From: Mobula hypostoma
Lineage: Eukaryota
NCBI RefSeq assembly: GCF_963921235.1
Contig: NC_086117.1
Span: 24,428,001-24,492,000 of the forward strand
Reading direction: 5' to 3'
Length of the DNA stretch: 64,000 nucleotides
The translations under genes were made by a program, and so were the position numbers. The notes below the pieces were generated by a model. That model was not told the DNA's origin. It searched no databases and was given only the letters and a program-made list of their open reading frames with translations. How positions within the stretch are numbered: the stretch's first letter is position 1; every line of letters starts with the position of its first letter. This document shows, in pieces, positions 51,510 through 62,204 of the stretch.

Positions 51510-52000
51510 ATCTGCAAGTTAAACACATGACGGAGTTATAGCGACAGGTTTACAGTTGCCCGGCAGCAACGCCGCCCAGCGGAGTTGTCACTCACCCAGG
51601 TGTAGGGTCAGATTAACGGAGTTGGGGAACTGCACGCCGCGCAACATGGACGGGCTCTGCCACCAGGTGGGCTCCAGCTCATTGTGGAAGTCGTTCAGGT
51701 AAGTGGCGTTGTGGCTCTGCTGCGGGTCTGGGGCGTCACACACATGGCACGATTTGGTGACTCCAGTCACGCCGGTCTGCAGGCAGTATTCCTCCGGGGC
51801 GGGAAAGCCGCAGACGTCGCTGGCCAGCACGGTCCGACCGAAGGCAGCGTTGCAGAATTCCGGCATGCATCTTTGGGCTTTCCCGGACTCCTGCTCATAA
51901 CACGAGTCCATCCCGGCCAGGACAGCGCAGAGGTGCATAGAAAAGGCAGTCAGAAAAGTCAGCAGCTCCATAACAGCCACGGCGCGTCTAGCCTACTCAC
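51510..52000. promoter_or_regulatory. CpG-rich first-exon region; the promoter is expected just upstream on the minus strand (above 51971)
   Basis: Visibly high GC and CpG density over exon 1 and the intron 5' end compared with the CpG-poor background. The transcription start cannot be located from sequence. Confidence 0.55.
51596..51971 (-). CDS. LAMC3: Laminin gamma chain (probably gamma-3), coding exon 1: signal peptide and N-terminal half of the LN domain
   Basis: ATG at 51971 in good Kozak context (gttATGG). Hydrophobic leader MELLTFLTAFSMHLCAVLA, then the laminin-gamma LN motifs QRCMPEF.NAAF, EEYC.QTGVTGVTKSCH.CD and TWWQSPSM..GVQFPNSVNLTLHLG. Ends at a phase-1 donor G|GTGAGT. AGM..CY, HNA.YL.DFH and WWQSPSM favour gamma-3 over gamma-1. 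Confidence 0.9.
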
Positions 52001-52444
52001 TTTGAAAGCACTTGGTAAACTCTCAATCTCACATAAGTGACATCCCACCAAGGCAGGAAACTTATTTGCAATAACAATTTGAAATATCCCTGCCCCCTGC
52101 CGGTGGGGGAATCCTGTGTGCAGTTTTCAGGAATAAAATGAAATAATCTCCTGCGCTTTACACGATCCCAGAACTACCTGTGTTCGGGGCTGACTGAGGC
52201 CAATGCAATTAACCCAGATGCATTAAGTTGCAAATGTGACCATACCGGTATAGAAATTTAAGTTACTTTCATTCCTGCAGTCAATGAAGCTCATCTAACG
52301 CGTTGCGATGTAGTATATTGTACAGTACAAAATATAACTTCCGCGGCAATATGACAATGATCAGACCACGGATTAAAGGGGATTGTTTGAAAGATAAATA
52401 TCGACAGGAAAAGAGACAGCATCCCAGACGTCCCAAATAAACTA

Positions 52445-52735
52445 GAGTCGTAGAGTCACGGAAAAGTAGAGCTCAGAAACAGGCCCTTCGGCCCATTTAA
52501 AATGCCTACTCCCGTCGATCTGCACCTGGATCATAACCCTCGTATCACTACTATCCATACACCCATCCAAACTTCCCTTAAACATTGAAATCGAGCTCGC
52601 ATGGCAGACAATTCTACACTCTCACGACACTCCGAGTAAAGAATCTGCCCATCATGTTCCCCTTAAAATTTTCACCTTTCACCATTAACCTACGACCTTT
52701 AGTTGTAGTTCCACACAACGTCAGTGGAAAAAAAT
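52445..52735 (-). mobile_element. CR1 3' terminus immediately upstream of exon 1
   Basis: agaaacaggcccttcggccc UTR and ORF2-end similarity. Confidence 0.7.
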
Positions 52736-53670
52736 AGGGATAAGGTAACCGAAAAATATTCAGTAAATGATCAAGATGGCACCAACAAATAAATAATCTT
52801 TATACCCCAATAATTGACCCTATAAATGTAAAGGAAATGAGAACAGCGCAAATGGTACATCTACAATCGTCTAAGATTCTCTTGAATCAGGAATCCTTAA
52901 AGTGAAAAATTGGGACGTGCATCCCATCTAGGAAAACTGACAGCACGTGACTTTTGGCGTTCCACAAAATGCCGAGATGAAACAATAATTAATTGCCTCA
53001 GATAACAGGATGGAAAGCTTCATATACAGGTTTGCCAATGAGATTGGATAGACGAAATTGCAGAAAATGTAGATTGAAAGTATTAACCAGACTTGTAAGT
53101 ATAGGAATTATAAGTATTAATTTATTGATAATGTAGGCAAAACTTTAGCAAGTAGATTACGGTGAATGCAAATACTAGATGTACAAAAGAAATGAACAGA
53201 GGAGAAATAGAAAATGCTGGAATGCTTACCAGTCCAGGCACAGTTAACCTTTCAGGTTGCTGGAAGAGAAACATAGTTAACCTTTCAGTGAAAAGTTATT
53301 GATTTCAAATGTCAGCTTTGTTTTTGTTTCCTAATATAATGTCTGTCCTGCTGAGTATTCCCAGCAATTTATGTTCTCATTTTAAATTTTCAGCAGAAAT
53401 AGAACAAAGAACTTTCAAAAGGCTGGAAAACTAGACACCGTAGAAATCCAAAGATATGTATGTGTTTATCTACATGGATCATTAAAATGCCATGGACAGG
53501 TATTGAAAATGGTAAAAAAAAAGTTCTTGAAAAGCCAACAATTCTCTGATTAGACCACCTAGAATGCCAAGCAGTTCTGAATGCTACACCTCGTGAAGAA
53601 TAATTTTGAAGACGGTGTGGTATAAATATTTTTAGAATGATACCTGGACTCCAAGGGTTAAGTTCCTTGG

Positions 53671-54140
53671 AACATAGAAACATAGAAACATAGAAAATAG
53701 GTGCTTTGAGTCTCCACCGCCATTTATTATGATCATGGCTGATCATCCAACTCAGAACCCCGCCCCAGCCTTCCCTCCATACCCCCTGATCCCTTTAGCC
53801 ACAAGGGCCATATCTAACTCCCTCTTAAATATAGCCAATGAACTGGCCTCAACTGTTTCCTGTGGCAGAGAATTCCACAGATTCACCACTCTCTGTGTGA
53901 AGAAGTTTTTCCTAATCTCAGTCCTAAAAGGCTTCCCCTTTATCCTCAAACTGTGACCCTTTGTTCTGGACTTCCCCAACATCGGGAACAATCTTCCTGC
54001 ATCTAGCCTGTCCAATCCCTTTAGGATTTTATATGTTTCAATCAGATCCCCCCTCAATCTTCTAAATTCCAACGAGTACAAGCCCAGTTCATCCAGTCTT
54101 TCTTCATATGAAAGTCCTGCCATCCCAGGAATCAATCTGT
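53671..54140 (-). mobile_element. Young CR1 3' fragment, near-identical to ~25985-26472
   Basis: 127-aa translation almost identical to the 25779 ORF; (ctatgttt)n tail. Confidence 0.95.
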
Positions 54141-54999
54141 GATGTTGTCCATTTTCTTGTCAATAGGATTGCATTCCTCAGAATTAAATCAGAAAATACA
54201 TTGCTTGTCAGGTAATAACTGCAGAGAAAGAATCAAATTTAATATCTCTGTTCTATAACTTTCCATCACAATTCAGACAATCTGAACAACACCCACATAT
54301 TGAGCAGTGTTTGAAGCGTTATAGTTCCTTGTATGATTAACAATTAAACCTAAGGTAGTTGCTGCTTTAAAAAAAATAAACAAATGTGTTGGTGATATGG
54401 GCAAACTTGGTATATTTGGGTTTGGGTCACAAATAGAAACATTACAGGCCTTTCGGCCCACAATGTTGTGCCGACCATGTAACCTACTCTACAAACTGCC
54501 CAGAATTATCCTACCACACCGCCCTCTATTTTTCTAAGCTCCATGTACCTATCTAAGAATCTCTTAAAAGACCCTATTGTATCCACCTCTACTACTTTCG
54601 CTGGCAGTGCATCTCACGCACCCACCGCTCTCTGTGTGAAAAACTTATCCCTGACATCCCCCTAGTACCTACTTCCAAGCACCTTAAAACTGTGCCCTCT
54701 CGTGTTAGCCATTTCAGCCCTGGGAAAAAGCCTCTGGCTATCCACATGATCAATTCCTCTCATCATCTTATACACCTCTATTAGGTCATCTCTCATCCTC
54801 CATCACTCCAAGGAGAAAAGGTCAAGTACACTCAACCTATTCTCATAAGGTATGCCCTCCAATCCAGGCAACATCCTTGTAAATCTGCTCTGCACTCTTT
54901 CTATAGTATCCACATCCTTCTTGTAATGAGGTGACCAGAACTGAACACAGTAATCCAAGTGGGGTCTGACCAAGGTCTTATATAGCTGTAACATTACTT

Positions 55000-56010
55000 A
55001 GAAACCATAGAAACCTAGAAACTACAGCACAGAAACAGGCCTTTTGGCCCTTCTTGGCTGTGCCGAACCATTTTCTGTCTAGTCCCACTGACCTGCATAC
55101 GGACCATATCCCTCCATACACCTCCCATCCATGTATCTGTCTAATTTATTCTTAAATGTTAAAAAAGAACCCGCATTTACCACCTCGTCTGACAGCTCAT
55201 TCCATACTCCCACCGCTCTCTGTGTGAAGAAGCCCCCCCTAATGTTCCCTTTAATCTTTTCCCCCCTCACCTTAACCCATGTCCTCTGGTTTTTTTCTCT
55301 CCTTGCCTCAGTGGAAAAAGCCTGCTTGCATTCACTCTATCTATACCCATCATAATTTTATATACCTCTATCAAATCTCCCCTCATTCTTCTACGCTCCA
55401 GGGAATAAAGTCCTAACCTATTCAACCTTTCTCTGTAACTGAGTTTCTCAAGTCCCGGCAACATCCTTGTAAACCTTCTCTGCACTCTTTCAACCTTATT
55501 TATATCCTTCCTGTAATTTGGTGACCAAAACTGAACACAATACTCCAGATTCGGCCTCACCAATGCCTTACACAACCTCATCATAACATTCCAGCTCTTA
55601 TACTCAATACTTTGATTAATAAAGGCCAATGTACCAAAAGCTCTCTTTATGACCCTATCTACCTGTGACGCCACTTTTAGGGAATTTTGTATCTGTATTC
55701 CCAGATCCCTCTGTTCCACTGCACTCCTCAGTGCCCTACCATTAACCCTGTATGTTCTACCTTGGTTTGTCCTTCCAACATGCAATACCTCACACTTGTC
55801 TGTATTAAACTCCATCTGCCATTTTTCAGCCCATTTTTCCAGCTGGTCCAAGTCCCTCTGCAGGCTCTGAAAACCTTCCTCACTGTCTACTACACCTCCA
55901 ATCTTTGTATCATCAGCAAATTTGCTGATCCAATTTACCACATTATCATCCAGATCATTGATATAGATGACAAATAACAATGGACCCAGCACTGATCCCT
56001 GTGGCACTCC
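55000..56010 (-). mobile_element. Nested younger CR1 with a 246-aa open RT C-terminal frame
   Basis: [28 protein letters not shown]... with its own (tttcta..g)n tail at ~55000-55020. actt is repeated at both junctions. Confidence 0.92.
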
Positions 56011-56370
56011 ACTTCACGGCTCTTGAACCCAATCCCACAGCTGATGAATGCCAACACACCACATGCCTTCTTAACACTGCCAGCCTGCACAGCAGCTTTG
56101 AGTGTCCTATGGACCTGGACCCCAAGATCTCTCTGATCCTCCACACTGCCAAGAGTCTTACCATTAATATAATATTCCATCTTCAAATTTGACCTACCAA
56201 AATGAACCACTTCACACCTGTCTGGGTTAAACTCCATCTGCCACTTCTCAGCCCAGTTCTATATCCTACTGATGTCCCGGTGTAACCTCTGACAACCCTC
56301 CAGACTATCCACAACACCCCCCACTTTTTTGTCATCAGCAAACTTACTAACCCACCCTTCTACTTCCTCA

Positions 56371-56595
56371 ACACACATCAAAGTTGCTGGTGAACGCAGC
56401 AGGCCAGGCAGCATCTCTAGGAAGAGGTGCAGTCGACGTTTCAGGCCGAGACCCTCCTGACGAAGGGTCTCGGCCTGAAACGTCGACTGCACCTCTTCCT
56501 AGAGATGCTGCCTGGCCTGCTGCGTTCACCAGCAACTTTGATGTGTGTTGCTTGAATTTCCAGCATCTACAGAATTCCTGTTGTTTGCGTTTAAA
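56371..56595. mobile_element. PLE fold-back insertion, perfect 87-bp arms, 14-bp TSD
   Basis: Arms 56369-56455 and 56464-56550, loop cctgacga. TSD cttctacttcctca at 56357-56370 and 56596-56609. Hammerhead core at 56457-56488 lacks the 5' strand of stem I. Confidence 0.9.
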
Positions 56596-57205
56596 CTTCT
56601 ACTTCCTCATCCAGGTCATTTATAAAAATCACAAAGAGGAGGGGTCCCAGAACAGATCCCTGTGCAACACCACTGGTCACTGTCCTCCTTGCAGATCATT
56701 CATGATTGCATTGAATGGTGGGACAGATTGAGTTGCCAAATGGCCTCTTCTAGCTCTGCCTCCCTGTGTTCCTGGACTCATGGTAGAAAAAGAAACATGG
56801 CAGGAAATGGGATGGACTAGAGTCAAATCAGGTACAATCAGAGAATTAAAAAAGAGGAGTAAATACTAGTCAGAGAGAAGGGAAGAGCACAGAGAAACGT
56901 AAGTACTAACATTATGTAAAGATGTAATATCTAAGATTTTTATCATCTCATTATCTAAAGGAATGGGATTCAACAGTTTGTAAAGGTTGATTGCTACTGC
57001 ACGAACAATTGTTGGATTCTTAATAGTGTATTTTCGCCATATGTGTGGAGAGCTCATGGGAAATTCAATTTGTTCTCCGAAACACAGTTGAGAGAAAGAA
57101 GTCTTTTGTATGTGTTTGTGTGTGTTGCACGTATACTTACGTGCACATTTTGAGTGAGAACACAGGTAACATGTTACAGTATTGTGTGAATTGGTCTTTT
57201 AGGCA

Positions 57206-59598
57206 TGTGGCGCTCCGGGGGCGTGGTCGATAGCCCGCCCCAGCGGTCCTGATAATCAGCGCTATTTATTGTTCTTGTGTTAAAATGCTTTCGTGGGATT
57301 ATGGTGGGATGTTCAAGTTCATTTATTGTCACACTTTAGTTTGGGTTACACAGCTATTCACCCATGTGGCACCCTGACTGTAACCGGGATGTGCAATAAA
57401 CACCTTTCCCCGGATGTATGTGACTGAGTGGGTTCTCTCCCCGGATCATAGCGCCCGGTTTTTTTTTTGTGTTTATCACGATAAAAACGGTTGTTAAGTT
57501 TAACGAGCTTACTCGTCCGTCGTCGTGGACCGAATGCTCGCCACATGGGTGTCAGGAGGGGGATTAGAAATTGACGACGAGATTGAGGAGCTACGATGTT
57601 GGTTGGAGCACCTTAAAACCCAGGGACTAAGTCGAGGGACCGACCCTCCCGTGGTCCAGGAAGAGCTTGCCCTTTTGTAAAGGCGCTGATGGCGGAGCGC
57701 CTTCGGCAGCATGTTCGCCTGGCATCGCCATCATCACCGAACGAGGCGGAGAGGGCAGATGCAATTGTAGCCCAAGGTGTTCCAGCATCGCCCACAGCCC
57801 TGTGTCACCGAGGAGGAGCCCGTGGGACGGGTCCGACCAGCGCTGATCTGCCCCGCGAGCCATGGAGTGATCTCTGCTACCGGTGTGGCGAGGCAGACCA
57901 TTTGCCCCGGGGCTGCCCCGCACCAGCACCACGCGCCGCGCAACCACCTGGAATCACCGAGCGGGCGGCGGCGCCCGAGACCTCCAGCAGAACCACTCCG
58001 TGTCATCTCTCCGGGTGGGCCGTTCGGGCTTATACGTGGACTGCATGGTGGAGAGCATCAGATGCCGTGCGTTCGTGGACCATCACCATCATCCGGCCGG
58101 GTGTCCTCCCCAACACGGACCAGCCACCCCTGTCTGAATGGACAACGACGGCGGTCCAGCTGGCTGCTGTCACCGGCGACTGTGCGGCGACGAGAGGGAA
58201 GAGATGGCTGCGCATCGCAGTGGGGAGAAACACAGTGGATAACGAGGTGTGGCGAGCCAACGTCCTGGAGTCCTGCATCATTGGGTTGGATCTTTTGCCC
58301 TGCTGGGGGACCCGTGTGGATGTGTCAGGGGCCACATTCTACTTCGGCGCTGAACCGTGGCTCTCCGGCGGGGCAGCTCCATGAAGTGGATCAGGCGGGC
58401 GCAGCAACAACCACCACCGGTCTCACAGCGCACCCTGCAGCGGAACGGTGGCGGCGCTTCGGGTGGCAGCCGGTGGCGAGGTAGACCAGCAGCGAGCAGG
58501 AGAGCGATCCCGTGCTGGCGCGGATGAGGGGATGGCTGGGCGTGGACGTCAACTGGAGTGGGCAGAGTTCCCCGCTCCGGACCCAGGGACCAAAGTCCTG
58601 TACTCAGTGGAGAAGGCTGGAGGGGCGCGACAGGTTGCTGTTCCGGTGGTGGCAGCTTAACGTTGGCGACAGACGTCTCCTGCCTGTGGTGGTTCCTCCT
58701 GAGCTCTGCGCCACGGCGCTGCGGTCGGTACCCGGGCTGGTGGGGGCCGGCCACTTTGGGGTTACATAGACGTTGGCAAGCTGCACTAACGCTTCTGCTG
58801 GCCTGAGTACAGGCAGGACGTGGAGCCGTTGGTGCACTGCTGCAACGCTTGCACATCCCGGAAGGGGCCAGTCCAGGGCAAGATGCCCCCGGTATGGGTC
58901 TACTGCCCCTCCTGGAAGAAGGGACCATTCCCCAAGCTGGGAAGGGGCCGAGAGAGGTGCTCAACCGCATCTCCCATATGGTATATCGTGTGGTTGCCTG
59001 AGCGGCGGAAGGCAGTCGTGCTGCTCCGGGACCAGCTGAACTGAATTGGCCCTTGGCCACCACCAACCCAGCAAGGCTTACGGAAGGAAGCGACACTCTA
59101 GGTGTCCTGCCTCTTGCCTCCCAGGGTGCGGGGTGGGGGGGGGGGTCCAGAAACTCCCAGCGTCTCAAGCAACAGCGCCTATCACCACAGGGACTTTTGG
59201 ACTTTGTTGTGGACTCTGGCATTTCCGAGGATGGCTGACCCCTCAAGTGGGGGCATTGTGGTGCTCCAGGGACATGGTCGACAGCCCGCCCCAGCCCGCG
59301 ACCGGCGCTATTTGTTGCTCTTGTGTTAAACATGGTTTCTTGGGATTGTGGTGGGACGCTCAAGTTCATTTCTTGTTTCATCTTAGCTTAGTTATACAGT
59401 GATTCGCATGCATGTTTGTGGATCAACCTTACCGTAACCGGGTTGTGTCATAATCACCTCCCCTGTCTGTATGTGACTGGGTGGGTTCTCTCCCCGGGTC
59501 ATAGCGCCTGGAATGTTTTTGTGTTTAATTACAATAAAAGTGGTTTTTGAGTTTAACAAGCTTACTCATCTGTCATCATAGACCGAATTCTTGCCACA
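57206..59598 (+). mobile_element. Gypsy/Ty3-type LTR retrotransposon, both LTRs present, no RT/RNase H
   Basis: LTRs 57206-57545 and 59257-59598 (TG...CA). TSD ggca at 57202-57205 and 59599-59602. tRNA-Leu-like PBS tgggtgtcaggagggggatt at 57546; PPT aagtggggg at ~59245. Gag knuckle CYRCGEADHLPRGC (57875-57916), protease remnant (CIIGLDLL), integrase zinc-finger remnant (GHFGV...C..C). Confidence 0.9.
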
Positions 59599-59694
59599 GG
59601 CATGTAATTTGTTTGACTATTAACAGCTTTAATATAAATAACAGTGCTCAAAGCCCTCTGTAACTTGTGTGATCTTCATTCTTACATATTGCCC

Positions 59695-60100
59695 GTTACA
59701 CCTCTGGAGTTTAGGACAGCAATGAAGGTCGCTCATCACTGGCAGTGTTCAGGGCTTCCTTCATCATGTCAGTAGCTTTCTGTCTGTTTTCCTTACTGCC
59801 AATTATGCAAGTCCTGGTTGTGGACTCAGGCATACCATCGCACTCAGATGTAGAAGGGTTCTTCATTGCTCTTCCCTTAACAATTTTGTTTTACCAGTCA
59901 GAGTTGTTAGCCCTGAGCTGAACCCCCAAAGTGGGAGGACCGGTGGACCACACTTCGTCTGGTTTCCACCCTTTGACCAGTTAGGCATGGGTAACCCTTA
60001 CCAAGAGCCAAAGCACAAACCTCTGACTCCAGCCAACGTAGCTCTCCGAGTCATTGAGGTACACAAGCCTCCAAACCACAACAAGGTTGTGGTCCTCTTG
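59695..60100 (-). repeat. Interspersed repeat (same family as 21558-21945)
   Basis: Shared sequence blocks. Confidence 0.6.
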
Positions 60101-61129
60101 GAATTTGAGGCTTATTCCTGGAACTTAAAATTAAAAGGTGTTTTTATTTTTCCCACGTTACAGTCCCAAACATAAATGAGCACATAAAAATCTTATAAGT
60201 ATTCTAAACCCTCAGAGAGCTTGACATAGAATCATAGGTTGTCACGGCACAGAAGAGCATTCAGACTTTTGGTGTTTGTACTACCTTTAAACAGCATTAT
60301 CAAATTATTCCCATTCTCTTCTGTTTTTCCCTTTTTTGCCTTCAAGTGTTTATCCATTTTCCCCTTTGAAAGTTACTATTGAACCAGCGTTCCAGATCTG
60401 ACCAACTTGCTGCTTTCTTGCCTTTGGCTGTCTACCTTTATGACAGTAGAAGTACCTTCTTTCCTCTGTCAAAACCATCAGAAAGATTTTTTTTGAGATT
60501 TAGAAAAGCAGTTTTAAATTATTTTAGAAAAGACTTATTGAACTTGGTTCAAGAGTATATCAGTTTATTGTGAAATTCTCACTTCATTCCACAACACAGT
60601 TGATGATTTAAGTACAGTTAGAAAAGAAAACACAGCACAGCTAAGGTGCATTTCATTTTAGCCGACATGTTGAGGGGACTTTTCTGCATATTAACAGCAA
60701 TATATGCTCGGGTATTGTCCTCGGAGAGAAGCCAGTCTAACATCTACAACTTTTATTTCTACATTTCTGTTACAGTACATGTCCCAAAATACATTGCAAG
60801 AGAATTAGCAAACAAATTTTAACATGAACTTACAAAAGATCGAAATCATACCTAAGAGGTAGATTTTAAGGAGTGGCTAAAGGTGGAGAGTTCAAAGCTT
60901 CAAAGATTCAATTTAATGTCCGAGAAATATATACAATATACATCCTGAAATGCTATTTCTTCCGAAACATCCACAAAAACAGAGAAGTGCCCCAAAGAAT
61001 GAATGACAGTTAAACGTGAGAACCCCAAAGTGAAGATGCTGTGCTTGGGCCTTGCGAACAAGAGTGTTGATTCCCCGACGAACTGGCACTCCCACTTGGC
61101 TTGGGGCAAAATGGTGCTTCTTGCCTCTC

Positions 61130-62090
61130 TTTCAGGTTCGTCAAACTTGACGGGACAAGGCATCTAGTTTATGTTTCTTTTACCTCAGTTGATAGGTCAG
61201 CAGGAAATCAAAATGTTTAAAGAACGAAGACCACCTGGCCTGCCTGAAGATCAGTGTCTTGGCCTCCTGAATGTAAACCAGGTTCTTGTGGTCTCTCTAA
61301 ACAATAAAAGGATTCTTGGACCCCTCAAGCCAGTGATGCCATTCTTCCAAAACTAACTTAACTGCAAGAAGCTCCCAATTCCTGATGTCATAGTTTCTGC
61401 CAGGGAAGACCGCCTGAAGAAGAATGCGTATTGGTGCAGTTTACTGGCTGAAGGTGACCATTGAGACAACACTGCACCATTCTGATATCTGAGGCGTCCA
61501 CCTCCACAATGAAAGGAAGGTCTGGGTTTGGTGAAACCAAGATGGAAGCCGATGTGAACCACTGTTTAAGCTCTGCAAAAGCAGCTTTCACTTTGGTAGT
61601 ACAGACAACGGAGCCTGTGAATTTCTTAGTAAGCACCATTAGTGCAACTGTCATTGAACTGAAATCCCTGATGAACTTTAGGATAAGGTTAACAAACTCC
61701 AGGAATCGTTGGACTTGTTTGACACTAGATGGTTGTGACCAATCTCTGACTGCCTGGGTCATCTTGAAATTGCCATTGGAGATGGTGAAACCCAAAAATG
61801 AAATGGTTGTCATGTGAAATTCAGACCTCCAGCTTGACATAAAGTCCATGGTCTAGAAGCCCCTTTAAAATGTCCCTGACATGAGCAATGTGCTCCTCTG
61901 TGGACTTCGAGAAGATTAGGATAGCATCCAAGTTGACGAAGGCGTACTTATGGAGAGTCTCCTGTCGTTTATATAGCCTTGAAAATCTGATGGAGCATTC
62001 TCAAGACCAAAGGGCATAACCAGGTACTCATAGTGCTCAGTCGGTGTATTGAGCACGGTGTATGAATCTCCAGGATCTGTCTGGAAACCC
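61130..62090 (-). mobile_element. Gypsy (sushi/Tf2-like) pol remnant: RT and RNase H
   Basis: [46 protein letters not shown]; frameshifted. Confidence 0.85.
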
Positions 62091-62204
62091 TCTTGCTCTG
62101 GCTGGCCACAGTGGACAAAAGACTCTGATACCTTGCTGGGTCTGTGTTGGCTCAATCATAATGAGACAAGAGACCTTGACAAGCAAAACTCACATGTATC
62201 AGTA

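Larger units (their letters stand above)
4391..51595 (-). other. Intron 1 of the laminin gamma gene (~47.2 kb, GT-AG, phase 1)
   Basis: Donor and acceptor phases match, and the spliced protein reads continuously ...LTLHLG|KSFEITY... as in known laminin gamma chains. Confidence 0.88.
54432..56690 (-). mobile_element. CR1 LINE (host copy) interrupted by a second CR1 (55000-56010) and a PLE hairpin (56371-56595)
   Basis: The host is collinear with the 10737-12087 copy once both inserts are removed (...cattactt|cacggctc...; ...cttctacttcctca|tccagg...). Confidence 0.88.

Noticed and set aside
51588-51980. ORF-track start at GTG 51980 and stop at 51588
   Set aside because: This is a eukaryotic gene: ATG 51971 has good Kozak context and the frame leaves at the GT donor at 51595. 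The stop codon is intronic.
57613-59402. Many long overlapping ORFs (231, 235 and 367 aa)
   Set aside because: A by-product of high GC content inside the decayed LTR element. Only short gag, protease and integrase motifs are meaningful, and they switch frames.
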